Assembly (NCBI RefSeq): GCF_009914755.1
Contig: NC_060931.1
Length of the DNA stretch: 64,000 nt
Strand: one strand, 5' to 3'
Source: the human T2T-CHM13v2.0 reference genome, Homo sapiens
Part shown: one piece after another, positions 24,204 through 38,010 of the stretch
Position numbering within the stretch: position 1 is the stretch's first letter
Layout: each line of letters begins with the position of its first letter
Notes under the pieces: generated by a model
What the model saw: only the letters and a program-made list of their open reading frames with translations
What the model was told of the DNA's origin: nothing
The model's database searches: none
Program-made: the position numbers and the translations under genes

Positions 24204-26997
24204 TGATGCTTACAGCGATGGTGCGATGCACGCTGTGGTGACTGTTCATGCAGCAGACCACACGGAAACCCGAGCTTGCCTGGGAATGGCGGGGCCTCTG
24301 CTGAATGGCAAAAGTGGGCGGAGGAAAGATCGGTAGCCTCTGAAAGGCGGTTTGAAGAGGAGAGAGACCGAGGAGGCCAGGGCAGAACAGGGCCAGGAAG
24401 TAAGGTGGCAGCCAAGAGGTGCCCATCAGTCCCATGACAAGGCCTGGTGTAGGGGGCTCCATGGAGAGCCCCCAGCCACTGCCATTCTCGACTATGTTTG
24501 TGGAGCTGGGTGGCACGTGATGACTTTGCCAAGCTCCGTGACATGGAGCTTCAGCCTCTGCAGCAGAGCAGGTGGCAGAGTGCGAAGGCACTCTGTGCTC
24601 TCTGCATTTTCCCATTCCCAAGTTCCAAGTAGAGCCAGACCCAGTGCACCTTCCTCCCAGGGATGCTTGGGATGTAGCCCAAGGGGACACCTGTGTCCCG
24701 GGCATGTTTAGGAACAGCCTGGGAAAACAGAATCAGGTTATGTGGCGGGCTGGGGACTCTGGGGAAGTCCTAAGCCTCTGCAGCACAGAGAGGAAGAGAC
24801 TGGAAGGCTGATTCCCAGGATGGTGAGGGGTCTGCAGTCTGCGCTCCCATCCCAGCAAAGCCTCAGACACCCAAACTCCCATGGAGATGACTCCTCCAGG
24901 CAGACCTGGGGCTCCTGCACCTGCTTGGTAAGAGTCACTGGGACCAGCTGCCTTCCAGGGTCGAGAACAGGAACTCATGCATGGGGAAAGTTTAATAAAC
25001 GTGTCAAACAAGTGCATTGCTCATGTACTCAAGTTTCTGAATATAAAGCCAGTCTCTACCCCTTCCAAAGAGGCCCAGGCACATGGTGATGACATTTTCA
25101 GTCATCATCATGGTTATTCTGTGCATGTGGTTTCATGGGGGAGGCATATCTGGCATTAGAAGACCAAGATTCAAGACTCATTTTCACCCACGTGGAGGCT
25201 GTGTGGCCAAGGATGAGTCACCAAGTCTCTACTGTCCTCCATTTGCTCACCTGTAAGTGGATTAACAATGCTTTCCATCTGCAGGGTGGTGCAAGGGGTA
25301 CTTAGGATTCTGTACCAAAACCACTGTGTAACACAGAGATCAACACACAGACACAAGCCAGGGTCCTCTCTCCATCAGAGGAGAGCCCAGGACCACACCT
25401 GCCCTCTGCGGTCACTTTCCTGGGGTAGTATCTGCTCACATTCTGCTGTGTATGTAGTCACAGGGAACAGGCTAAATGAAAGCCTCTTTCATTCAACCTG
25501 AGTTGTCCACCCAAGGAAAGACTCCAGCAAGCTTGTCTGGAGGCATATTAGAGCCCATGACCCCAAACAGTTGGCCTGAATACTGGGCAAAATGAAAATT
25601 CCTGGGTGTCATTCTGGCCAGATGTCCAGGAGCTGGTGAGGATAAAAATGCTAAGTTGGGGAGAGAGATGGGTCCCTCCTGGGGAACCGCAGAGCTGCCT
25701 TCTGCTAACTGCACCACCGGGCACCTGCCTATTGTTCTGGGAGGAGACTCAGGAAGGAAAGTCTGCTTTTCTGTACTGGGTAAGTAACTTTCAAGGTCAG
25801 GATAACCTGACTGCACTCACCGAGCCTTTAGAACAATGACCACTGTCTGGCACATCCCAGGATGAGGCTGTTTATCCCGAGGCTTGTTCCATTTCCGACA
25901 GATATTGATCACACCCCTTCTCCATGCTAGGTGCTGGGGATGCGGGGATGAAAAAGCACAGCCCACACTCCTCCAACCACCCGCCAACCCGAGCATGAGT
26001 TCCAGCGTGCTGGCACCTGCAGAGCCCTACATCCTGATGCAACCTGTGGGTGGGAAGAGGCCACACAGAGGGAGGGTCAGAAATTCCAAAGCAAAGAATC
26101 TGATGCCTCAGCTTCCCAGGGCAGGAGTCACAGCTTCCCGGCAGCAACGGGGAGCAAGAGCAGTGGTGGGTGCTGGACACGCCAGTGGCACCTGGCCAGA
26201 GTCCACAACCACCTGCAGCCTCAGAGCTGGCCCCTGAAAGCCATCAAGACAGGGTGGCCAGAGCCTCAGATTCTCAGGCCAAACCAGTCTCAATGCTGGG
26301 CAGCCTTTTCCATGTGAAATTGCTAGATCCCATCTTATAATGGATACCATAAATTTGTATTAACATGGCATCTCACATTTAAGGAGTTTTTGAGGCAAGG
26401 TAGTGTTGAAAGTTTCCCCTCCAGGCAAAAAAGAATGAATAAGAAGAGAAAAAGCCAATAACCTCACCCCTCTGAGGTTTAAAGCACCGGCTCGTTTACT
26501 GGGATATATATTTTTCTTTCATTGAATTGTTTTGTCTCTTTTACTTAGATTGAAAACCTCGTGGGCAGGGACCACGTGGCCCTTTTACCCCCGAGCGTAA
26601 CCAACAATAATCACTCGCTTTAGATAAATGCGTGTAAGAGTGAAGGCCTGTATGTCTAGTAGCTACGCCAACACCTGTGCAAGTGCAGAGAAAGGCTGCG
26701 GCCTCCCCTCTGTTACATGTTGCTTTCCCTGTGCAGACAAGAAGTGAGCCCCTTTTCCTGAGGGGGTCCTTGGGTGCCAGGGCCGGCCAAGAAGAGTGTG
26801 GGGAGGTCTCACCACCCCCTATTTGCACAGGTGACTGCCAGGCTTGGAGGGAGCCCATGGAATAGCAAAGCCCTGGAGAATGAATTCAACTGAGAAGGTG
26901 AAGGAGTGATCTTCCCCTTTTGGCATAAGGAGGGACAGGGCAGGAAAGGGGCACCTGCAGAGGACAGGTGTAGAAAAGGCTACACTACAGGGAAGGT

Positions 26998-28560
26998 TTC
27001 TATGAGGGTCTGAATGTCTGTATCCCCCCAAAATCCACATGGTGAAACTTAAGCCCAAATGTTATGGTATTACGAAGTAGGGCCTTTGGGAGGTGATTAC
27101 TCATGAGGTCAAAGCACTAATGGAATCAGTGCCCTTTATAAGGAGGCACTTTATAAGGAGTGCCTCTTTTATAAAGAGGCCCAAGAGAACATATTCACCC
27201 CTTCCACCATGTGAGAGCACATCGAAGGTGCTCTTTATGAGAAACAGACCCTCACCAGATGCTGAAGCTTTGTGGCTCTTGATCTTGGACTTCCCAGTCT
27301 CTAGAATGGTTAGCATTACATATCTATTTTTTTTAAGTTACCCAATCTAAGGTATGTTGTTATAGCAGCCTGAAGAGACTAAGAAAGAAATTGGTACCAG
27401 TAGTGGGGATGTTGCTATAACAAATACCTAAAAATGTGAAAGCTTCTTTGGAGCTAGGTAATGGGTAGAGGCTGGAAGAGTTTGGAGGTGCATGCTAGAA
27501 AAAGCCTACATTGCTGTGAACAGAACAGCAAGGATGATTCAGGTATAGGCACAGAAGAAGAAGAGAGCCTCTGAGAAAACCTCAATCTTCCTCAAGATTG
27601 ATAAGAGGTCAGAATGAGAATGTTGGTAGAAATATGGGCAGTAAAGGCCATTTTGATGCAGTTTCAGAAGGAGGAGAGGAACATGTTATTGGAAACTGGA
27701 GGAAAGGCCATCTTTGCTATGAAGTGGCAAAGAACTTGGCTGAATTGTGTTCATTCCTAGTGCTTTGTGGAAGGATGAATTTGTGAACAATGAAATAAGG
27801 TATTCAGCAGAAGAAATAACTAAGCAAAGTGTTGAGGGTGCAGCCTGGCTTCTCTTGACTGCTTATAGTAAAATGAAAGAAGAGAGAAATGAATTAAAGA
27901 TGAAATTTATAATCAAAAGGGAAGAGAACCTAAAGATTTGGAAAATTTTCAGCCTGGCCACATACAGAGCAAAAAAGCATGTTTAGGAGAAAAATCAAGG
28001 GTGTAGCCAAGCGACCGCTGATAAGGAGATTGGTATGGAGAAAAGGAAGCTGGATGCTGCTCATCAAGACAGTGGAAGAGTGACCCCAAGAACTTCTGAG
28101 CTTCTCAGGGCTGCTCTGCCTGTCACAGGTCCAGAGCGCTAGGGCCTTGGGGATAGAATGATTTCAAGGCTCTGCTGCCCATGTTCCAATGCAGTGCTCC
28201 TTGGCCACCCCACCTGGGCTCAAGCCCACCTAGGCTCAAGCAGGCCCAGGTGCAGCTCAGCCCACCCCTCTGGAACTCACAAGCAGTAAACTCTGACAGT
28301 ATCTATGCAGTGCCCTCTCTATAGGAGCTGTGGTGACATGGTTCCCTCCATCCAGATTTCACAGGATGGCCTGGAGAGCCCCAGCTCCCACGGAGAGAAC
28401 TGACACAGAGGTGGGGCCACCTCAGAGAGTTCCCACTAGGGCAATGTCCAGTGGAGTTCTGAGGGCAGGAGTGCCCACAAGACTCCGGTACTGTAGATCC
28501 AGCAGCAGTGTGCAGCCCCAGCCTGGGAGGGCATGGACCTCCAACCAGGGAGAGCTTCAG
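26998..28560 (+). mobile_element. MaLR (MST/MLT1A) LTR (~26998-27385) plus internal sequence
   Basis: LTR gtctgaatgtctgtatccccccaaaatcc ... gttatagcagcctgaagagactaaga, followed by the MaLR-int start aaattggtaccagtagtgggg. Confidence 0.88.
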
Positions 28561-30149
28561 GAGTTACCATAGACCACCACCCTCCCCGACCCCTCCATTC
28601 AACCACTGAATCTCTCAATAGCTTCCAACTCACCTCCTCTTCACCCCCATCCTCCTCCCTCTTCTGGATGACTGCAGGCCTCTTTTCCAGGCTTCTCTCC
28701 CCACTCCAGGCTCTCCACAACATTCTCCACAGTCATGCTGCTGAAAACCAACCCAACTGTGACCCAAAGACCCGAATGCCCAAGTTCTACCAAGTTCCAC
28801 CAAGGGTTCCCACATTACCTTAAGGATAAGGGAGATTCGTATGGAGAGAAGGAAGCCGGATGCTACCCATGAGGACAGTGGAAGAGTGACCCCAAGGGTT
28901 ATCCTCTGCATTGGCATAAAAGCCCTGCACGAGGGGCCCCTGGCTGCGACACGGCAGCACCATCCTCTGGGCACCTTGCTGAGAGCTCTGTACATGCACT
29001 GCACCTCTGCGCACAGGCTGCCCCTCGGTCTGAAAGGCTGAGCCACCCTTCCCAGTGGTTCCTAGTCCTTCAAGACTTAGTCAAGATCAGCTCCTCCAGG
29101 AAGACTTCCCAGAGCACCATCCTGCCCCTCCTTGTGAGTCTGAGCCTGGTTCCAGCACCTCCAGCCTCCATCGGAACCCCCAACCCACCAATCCTCCAGA
29201 GAGGGGCTCCCTGGGCTGGGCTGGGCACCACTCTCCCTGGACCTTGGCACTGGACATAACTTCCAGTCTGGGACACAATGGACACCCAGTAGAAAGTGTT
29301 TCTGAAACATCAATAACGGACTGACGTGGAGCAAGTCACAACGACCCCAGGACTCCACGTTTCCACCAAGTGAGGGGATATTACTCAGTGAGCTACAAGA
29401 CCACTTCCAGCCCTGCTATTGCACCAACTGTCCTTGAACTAAAGCCACTGAAAACAAAGCTTGGCATAAGACGGTCTTTCTCAGATGGAACATAGCTGCT
29501 CTCATGATCTGTCATGCCACGTGACACGCCATATTCTGCAGGCTGCAATGCTGCAGCATTCGTGACCTTGGGAACCACAATTCTGACAAAACAAATTAGA
29601 CACTAAGCATCTCTAGCTATCATTAAACTTCCCCAGCAGCAGGGCGATGATCGGATCAGACCTCAATTCTGCTCTCAGTTGTAATAGGAGTTTACAGCCA
29701 TATGTGCCTCGTTGCCTGAGGCACAGTAAGGCTGTGTTTAACAGGGCTCACGCTAGGGAAATAATGTTCCAACGGATCATAAATAATATTGCATTTGCAT
29801 CGTGCATGTTTTTCCCTGTTTCCTCTCATCATAAGAAAAGCTGTATGCATTTGGTTCATCCTTCCCCAGAACACATCCAGCCTGTGTTATCAGAAGCACA
29901 CAGGGAGGAAAATCTACTTCCATCTGATGGACGCTGTTAATCTGAGCACAGCTGAGCTGTACCTGGGGCTCCAGCCAAAAGCACACGCCTCAAAAATGAC
30001 TGCAAGCACACCCAGACCAGGGCGGGAATGAGGAACTTCAGATCAGCCAGGCTCCTCCTGCAACATGGCCCGTCAATTCTCCACTCTAGGGGGCTCACCT
30101 TTTCTCTCGGCCGATTCTTTGACGTTTCAGGCTACACACAGGGGAGACA

Positions 30150-30420
30150 GAGTGTGTGTGTGTTCATGTGTATATGTATGTGTTTATGTGTGTATACGTA
30201 TGTGTTTATGTGTATATGTGTGTTTGTGTGTTTATGTGTTTGTATGGGTGTATGTGTGTATGTGTGTTTATGTGCTTATGTGTGTATGTGTTTATGCGTA
30301 TGTTTATGGGTTTGTGTGTGTGCGTGTGTTTACGTATGTGTGTTTACGTGTATTTATGTGTGTGTTTATGCATGTATGTTTATGCGTGTGTTTATGTGTG
30401 TGTTTGTGTGTGTGTGTTCA
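30150..30420. repeat. (TG/TA)n low-complexity repeat
   Basis: Visible simple repeat. Confidence 0.95.
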
Positions 30421-30669
30421 TACTGCGGTGCTTTTTGGGGGATATCAGTTATCCTTTTAATGTTTCTCAAAGCAGCACATGTAAAACCTGGCCCCCACTG
30501 CACCTGCAGTGCTCACTCCCCAGAAGCAACACTTCCAGCTTTGCAGATTGTTTCCTACTGAGCTCCACATTTCTAAATAAACAGCCATGTACTGCCATCT
30601 CTTAGCATTTCAATGTTGCACTCACTGAACTTCCTATCTAGGATGAGGAATTACCTCAGTAACCGCCCC

Positions 30670-30790
30670 CGACACACACACAGAGCTGCACGCACACATA
30701 CACACACACAGCTGCACACACACACACACACAGTTGCACACACACACAGAGCTGCACACACACGAAGCTGCACACACATGCGCTGTGGCA
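30670..30790. repeat. (CA)n-rich repeat
   Basis: Visible simple repeat with interspersed gctgc. Confidence 0.9.
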
Positions 30791-31191
30791 GACACATATT
30801 CACATGCCCCCCTGTTCGTTCCCCCAGCCTGGGCATGTGCTTGTTTTTGTTAAATCCATGCCCAGCATTGACATTATGATTGTGGAGCTACCTCTTACCA
30901 CTGAGTCCCTGCACTTGATTACATTTCCTTTCTTGTACAAATTTTGTATATCCTGGAGTTAACTGACTTTTTTCCTCATTCGCTTAATTTTCTATACCCA
31001 CCTTAAATTCATATCCAGCTTTTCCGGCAGAGCTCAACCTCCCTCTCAGGGTAGTAAAGCACCCCTTGATTAGCTGAACCAGGCACTTCCCCATCAGCTC
31101 CCCCATGTCCTGGATTCCATGCCTCCCTTCTTGTTTACTCCCCTCTTTAAATGGAACAAAATCTCCAGGAGCTTCAAAAAAAGGGTGAAGA

Positions 31192-31315
31192 TTTTTTTTT
31201 TGAGGCAGGTTTCACTATGTTGCCCAGGCTGGACTCCAATTCCTGGGCTCAAGCGATCCTCCTGCCCCAGCCTCCCAAGTAGCTGGGACTAAAGGCACGC
31301 ACCACCACACCACAG
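31192..31315 (-). mobile_element. Alu monomer (FLAM/AluJ fragment) within old antisense L1
   Basis: tcactatgttgcccaggctgg...cctgggctcaagcgatcctcc. Confidence 0.85.
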
Positions 31316-32114
31316 TGAAGATACTTTTTGAGACCTTATAAAATTATAAATATTCCACTCTCATACCTGATTGAGGATTTACTGGGTAGGGGATTCCTGG
31401 TGGGAAGTCACGTTCCTTCTGAATTCCAAAGGCTTATCATGGAATGTGACCTTCTAGCTTGTGCTTGAAAAGGTGTGGAGCCATGAGAATGCCCCCCAAT
31501 GCCTCCACCCCCACACCTGCTCCTCCACCCACCACCTGCGCCTTCATCCTCCCACACATGCCTCCTTCTGCCCCCACACTTCCATCTGCACCTCGCATTT
31601 CCAGCTACCAGGAGCATGGTTGGCTCAGAGTCCCAGCTGCACTGCTCTGAAATCTGTGGCCACATCTGTGCAGCCAGGGTGGCACATGATGGGGTTCCAA
31701 GGCAGCGCTGTTCTTGGAGGTCCCTCGTCTCCTCTGATGGCCGTGATGGCATGAGGACCCCCATGACCTTGGGCTGCCACAGGCCACGGCTCTCCCCCGT
31801 CCTTCCTCCCATCTCCATCACTGGGGTGTCCTCCTTTGAGGCCCAAGAACCTTTCCCGCCCCATCTAATTCTTGTCCCGCAGCCGCGTCGCCCTGCGGGG
31901 TCCCTGCACACACAATTATGTCTTCTCATCCGCTTCTCACAGCAACCAGGTGGACCCAAAAGTCATATGTCATTTTCCTTTGAGTATTTGTTGGACCTGC
32001 TTTTTCTCTGGAAGCTTTTAGAAGCTTCTGTTCATCACTGGTGTCCTGAGACGTTGTGACAATATGCTTTTGTGTGAGTTTTTCCTCCCTTACGGGTCTG
32101 GGCGTTCAAGGGGC

Positions 32115-32555
32115 CTGTGTTTATTTCCCATGGCTGCTGAAATGAAGCACCGCGGGCTGGGGCTCATCCACACCTGAAATGCATTGCCTCCCAGCTCTGG
32201 GGCTGGGAGTCCCATTTCAAGGTGCCAGCAGGGTTGGCTCCTCTTGGAGGTCCCTGGGGAGGATCTGTCCAGGCCTCCTCCTGCCCCTGGGGTGGCTGTC
32301 CAGCCGTGGCGCTCCCTGGCTTGTGGCTGCTTCACTCCTATCTTCACACGGCGCTATCCCTCTGCAACCGTCTCTGTCCACATGTCCCCTTACAAGGATA
32401 CCAGTCATATTAGACTGGGGGCCCGCCCTACTCCAGCAAGGCTTCATCTAAACCTGACTAATCACATCTGCAAAACCCGGTTTCCAAATAAGGTCACCCT
32501 GGGGTTAGGATTTCAGCATCTGAATGTGGAGCAGGGCACACAGTTCAACACAAAC
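32115..32555 (-). mobile_element. MLT1B/C LTR
   Basis: ttacaaggataccagtcatattagact ... tttccaaataaggtcac ... gttaggatttcagcatctgaat. Confidence 0.8.
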
Positions 32556-33024
32556 CAGGGGCCTTTCGATTTGGAAACTCAGGTCCTTCCACTGGCCTTG
32601 TGCTCCAGCCTCACTTTTGGGAGTTCCCACTTGTTGGATGTTGGGCTGCCACAGTGAGCGTCTGATTTTCTCGTCTTTTTCATGTATTTTTAAATGTTTT
32701 GTCCTTTTTTTCCTGGGAAATATCTTTTTGTTGTTGTTTTTAGAGGTGAGGGTCTCAAACTCCTAGACTCAAGCGATCCTCCAGCCTTGGCCTCCCGAGT
32801 AGCTGGGATTACAGGGCACTCACCATCGTGCTAGCTGGGAAATGTCTTCAGCATGTTTGGAGCTATTGAAATGTTAACACTCTGCCGTCCTGTGCTGTCA
32901 CTGACAGGGCATCATCCCAAGCTTGTTTCGGGCCTGGCCCCACTCTCACCTCCGCTGGGTGCGGGTTTCAGCCACCCCTACTCCTTGTCGGTTTCCTTTT
33001 TATGGCCCCTGCTGGGGTTGTTTG

Positions 33025-33520
33025 CTTTATCTGTTTATGTTTTATACGTTCCTGTCTATAAGTGTTCACTTTTCTGTATGTTCATATCTGTTCCTGTCTG
33101 CATGTGTTCATATCCGTTCCTCTGTGTGTTCACATCTGTTTCTGTGTGTTCATATCCATTCCTGCCTATATGCGTTCCCATTTCCGTGTGTGCTCATATC
33201 CATTCCTGTGCTTTATGTGTTCCTGTCTGTGTTATATGTTCCTGTGTTTTATGTGTTCACGTGTGTTTTGTGTTCCTATGTTTTGTGTGTTCCCGTGTTT
33301 TGTGTTCACACGTCTGTGTTTTGTTTTGTGTTCACATGTGTCTGTTTTGTGTTCACGTGTTTTATGTGTTCACACGTGTGTCTGTTTTGTGTTCACGTGT
33401 CTGTTTTATGTGTTCCTGTTTTGTGTGTTCCTGTATGTTTTGTGTTCATGTGTTTTATGTGTTCACACGTGTGTCTGTGTGTGCTTTAGGTGTTCCTGTC
33501 TGCATGTTTTTATACGTGTT
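33025..33520. repeat. Degenerate TG-rich tandem repeat (tgtgttcac/tgttttatg)
   Basis: Visible low-complexity array. Confidence 0.92.
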
Positions 33521-34829
33521 CCCTCACTTAGGAGGGCAGCTCTTTTGGGTCCACATGCTGAGCAGATGGGGCAGAGCCCAGGGGCTGTGGCATCCAACTG
33601 GCCACCAGTGCTGCAGGGGCCGTGCTGGACCTCAGAATGGAAGCAGAGCCAAGCTGCAGCGTGCCTCAGCTCACCACAGGACATCAACCTCATCGGCCCC
33701 TCAGGATCCAGTGGCCAGCCACTGGGTCAGAAGGCCCCAAAGTAAGGGGGATTGTGGCGGAAGCAGTTTAGGGGGCTGGGGATAAGCAGAGGGCTGAAAA
33801 GCCTCAGTGTCAGTGCCACAGAGAGGCAGGCAGGTGTGGCTCACTCCCAGTGCCTGAGGATGGGGACAGGGATGCAGAGGGCGTGGGAGCGGGAGGGCTA
33901 TGGGAAAGTAGCCACTCCACCTGGAGCCGGCCCTCGTGATGCAGAGACACGGTGTGTGCTGTGAGCACAGGCGTGGGGCATGTCACTCGTATTTCTTTCT
34001 GAGAGGTCATAGTGACTGTGATGAAGTCAGGTGTCCAGAGGCACAAGCACAGCCAGGCAGTGCTTCCCATGGGACAATGAGCTCACAGATCGCGTCCTTC
34101 CAACTCCCACTGCGCTTATAATCTTCACACAGGCACTTAATTAGTCCCCAGTGGTTTCAAGTTCGGTAGCTGGGTCTGTTTACTGACAGTGTCTACCTCC
34201 ATGCAGACGGGTCTGCTCCCGTCGGCTGCAGAGCCCCGTGCTGCCTGGCACCAGCCTCCATGGGGGCACAGCGTGAGGACCTGCCAGAGCGTCCAGTCTC
34301 TGGCTCCTCAAAGCCTGGTGGGACACCAGCAGCACCAGCATCGACTGGGCACCGAGAAATGCAGCTTCACAGGCCCCGCTATAGGCGGTTCTACACAGAC
34401 AGGAGCCTGGCCGGGACTTCGCATACAGCTTCCAGTCTGGGAAGTGCTGGCCCCGCTCGTCCTGGGCTGGGAGTCGTATGGTACAGGGTGGACCTGCAAC
34501 TCCCCTCCCCCCTCTGGACCTCAGCATCCTTCTGTGGGAGGTGAGTCTGTCCAAGCTGTCTTCCCAGGACCCTAACGGTCTGCGATAAACTGAAGGAGCC
34601 TCCGAACAGAGCAAGGAGAGCCTGCAAACATTTGCTTCTGTGCAGGGGCCCACCCGGGACCTAAGTGGACATAAAGTTGTAATTTCTTGCAACTTAATTA
34701 TTTTATAGAATTTTAGAACTGGCAGATATCTCAGAGATCATGTACATTGCACCCTTGACTTTTTACACATGAAAGAACAGAGGGCTACATCGGTTATGTG
34801 GCTCATAAGAGGCCAGAGAAGCCATCGGC

Positions 34830-35325
34830 AGTGGTGAGAGCCTGGATATGCAAATGGACAACAGCCAGACCAGTTGTGGACACAGAGCCTGGAGATACAA
34901 GCTGTAGCCACCAGCCCAGACCAGTTGTGGACACAGAGCCTGGAGATACAAGCTGTAGCCACCAGCCCAGGAGCTGGCCCACTGTCTATAAGCCAGGAGC
35001 ACAGGAAGTGAGGCCACTGTCTCCACAGCAACCAGCCCAGGAGCCAGCCTGCTATCTACAAGCCAGGCTTGTGAGAAGTGAGGCCACTGTCTCCACAGCA
35101 ACCAGCCCCGCTATTTACAGGCCGGCTCCTGGGCTCATTGGAGAGGTACGGGAAGTGAGGCCGCTGTCTCAAGCAGCCACTCAGGAAGCCAGACCATAAC
35201 CCCTGCAACTATTGGCCCCAAATGGCCCGGGCTTGCTTCATAACTGCCGCTTCCCTAATTGTTGTCCCCACTTGCAACTCAGGACCAACCAGAGAAAGCC
35301 AAATGTGGCCCCAGCCAATCTCCTG
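34830..35325 (+). mobile_element. ERVL LTR fragment (MER54/MER73/MER74 group) with internal tandem duplications
   Basis: cagcaaccagcccagga repeats and cttccctaatt...aactcaggaccaaccagagaaagccaaat; ~53-bp tandem pair at 34864-34970. Confidence 0.6.
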
Positions 35326-35446
35326 GTGAGACAGGACACGATCCCTTGACCCCTTTGAGGACAGCAACTGGAGTGGCTGGAAGCTGCCCGTGGCTCGCCT
35401 CTGGCGGGAGCGGGCTCCGTGAGGGCCCCGCAGAAGCGTCCAAGCA

Positions 35447-35946
35447 TGTTACAACCAATGCTCTTTCAGCTCTGCTGTCCAGGAACAGCCAAGTACCAAC
35501 CAGCTCAGTGGAGGGTCAGGGTGGCAGCCCCTGCCCTCTCGGCACCCGGGTTCTTGTCCAGTGCCCAGGAAGAATCAGGTCACGCGAGCTGTTCGAAAGG
35601 TGATGAATGCGGAAGACTTTACTAAGTGATGTGTGGCTCTCAGCAGAAAGGGAGGCTGGAAAGGGGATGGGAAGGTGATCTCTCCCAGAAGCCCGGCCCT
35701 CTCTGAAGCCACACCATCTGAAGTTAGCCACGTCTAGCCACAGCTCTGATGCTCAACTGCTTGTATCCTCAATGCTCAGCTGCTTGTGTTGCTCTGCCAG
35801 CTGAAGTCTTTTATGGGCAGAGGATGGGGCGGGGCAGGCCAAAAAGGCAACGTTCAGGTGGAAAAATGAGTCAGCTGTTTTCACTTAGGGCTGCGCTTCC
35901 AGGCTTAAGGGTGGGGGTTAGCCAGGAGCCCAGCCCTTCTGTATCA
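35447..35946 (-). mobile_element. ERV1 solo LTR (LTR1/LTR27/LTR28 group)
   Basis: tgttac start; gggttcttgtccagtgcccaggaagaatcaggtcac; ends cccagcccttctgtatca. Confidence 0.7.
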
Positions 35947-36125
35947 CTGGGACATGCTGCTTCTGAGCCACCTCCAGGTTCCCACGACGGCAGCCTCCAG
36001 CCAGGGAACTGGCCTGGTGCTCAGGTGGGAGCCTTCTTTTCTCACGGTGAGGCCCACCCATCCCCTGCCCACATTGGGGTCTCTGCCAAACATAGGTGAG
36101 GGAGCGGCCCCCTTGCTGGAGAAGC

Positions 36126-36281
36126 TCCTGAGTTGTAAGCGGGGGCAACAATTAGGGAAGTGGCAGTTATGAACCAAGCCCGGGCCATTTGGGGCCGATG
36201 GTTAGAGGGGTTATGGTCTGGCTTCCTGAGTGGCTGCTAGAGACAGTGGTCTCACTTCCCGTACCTCTCCAATGAGCCCAG
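36126..36281 (-). repeat. Inverted copy of 35129-35284
   Basis: The reverse complement matches over ~156 bp with scattered mismatches. Confidence 0.92.
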
Positions 36282-37598
36282 TGCTCACTGTCCCTAGCCT
36301 GGTCTTGAGTTGTTCCCACAGCAGTGAAGCAGGGATTAGATGTCAGGCCTCTGGGTCCTTCCCCAAGCTCTCTCCATAGCCACACTGCCCAGAAGGAAAA
36401 TATGGGTAGTTCCGACGAGTAAGTCGTGGCTGCTGTTTGCTAGCGACTGGGCCTCTGAGGGCCGCTGGGAGGCCCCCAGCAGTTCTCGCGACGTTCCTTT
36501 GGAGACATGCATTCTAAGGCCCAGACAATCCGTTGACCACTAGACTTTGAGAATTGTTTTCCCTAACGTGGCACTAGCCGGCTGCATGAACCCATAGTCA
36601 CCTGCCTCTATGTTGGAGTCACATCTCTTACTTGCTGTCACACAGATTTTACTTTACAATTCTTCTCTAAAATGGGCCCCACTCCCCCCACCTCTGCACA
36701 GTCTGGGTTTGGCCTCCCAGTTCTCTCATGGAGGCTGAGACGTCTCAAGAGCGTTTCTGTACTCCAGCTGCGCGTCCCCAGGCACGAGCGCTCGTTAATT
36801 TCCCTGAGATGCCGTGCCTAGTTTGAATATTTTTTCAGTCACTGTGCAGCGTGACAGTCAAAAACACAACTGACTCAACTAAGTCAGATGGGTGCAGAAA
36901 CCCTTCGCATCATTTTAATATTAAAATTCCCCCAGGTTTACAATGTGGTCCATTGAAAAAAGGGTTTAAAGACATAATGCAGTTTACAATCCTAAACCCA
37001 AACTCCTCCTAAAAACAAATATTTCAGGGAACGAACCTCAGAGGAAAAAAAAAAAAAGTACAAAACCCCAGCATCTAACGAGGTGAAGGACACAAATGAT
37101 TGTGATTTGTGACAGAAGGTTCCCACGATCCGAGGGATTTGGGGGTTCTCTGCTGCCGCCCCGCAAAGCCGAAGCACGGGAAGGAGGGCACAGGATTATT
37201 GACTTTGATCCTGACCAATCACCTGCCCCCGTGAATGACCTTTTCTAGCTCAGTTGCCCGGCTGGGCTCAGTTGCACTCCAGGGAATGTGGAGTGCTTTT
37301 CTCCCGCTCAATTGGAATTCCATCCCACCCATGACACTGGCCTTCCTCTCTGCGGGCCCTGGTTTTCCAAACTGATAGCTCCCTTCCTGCCACCCCTACA
37401 ACCCACACTACAAGAGAAGCTACCAGGAACACGCTTGCGCTCAGGTTTGTTAAGAACGACATCACTGGTTCTCCAGTGAGGCCCGGGGGATGGGGTATTG
37501 GATTCAATATTGGAGGCTTTGCAAAGCCCAGAAGCTTGGGTCTCTGGTCCCTCTCCAAGGGAGGGCAGACCAGGCAATCTCAAGTCAAGAACTCTTCA

Positions 37599-38010
<412 letters not shown>

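Noticed and set aside
30028-33785. Long Cys/Val-rich ORFs (131-310 aa)
   Set aside because: Translations of TG-rich low-complexity repeats.
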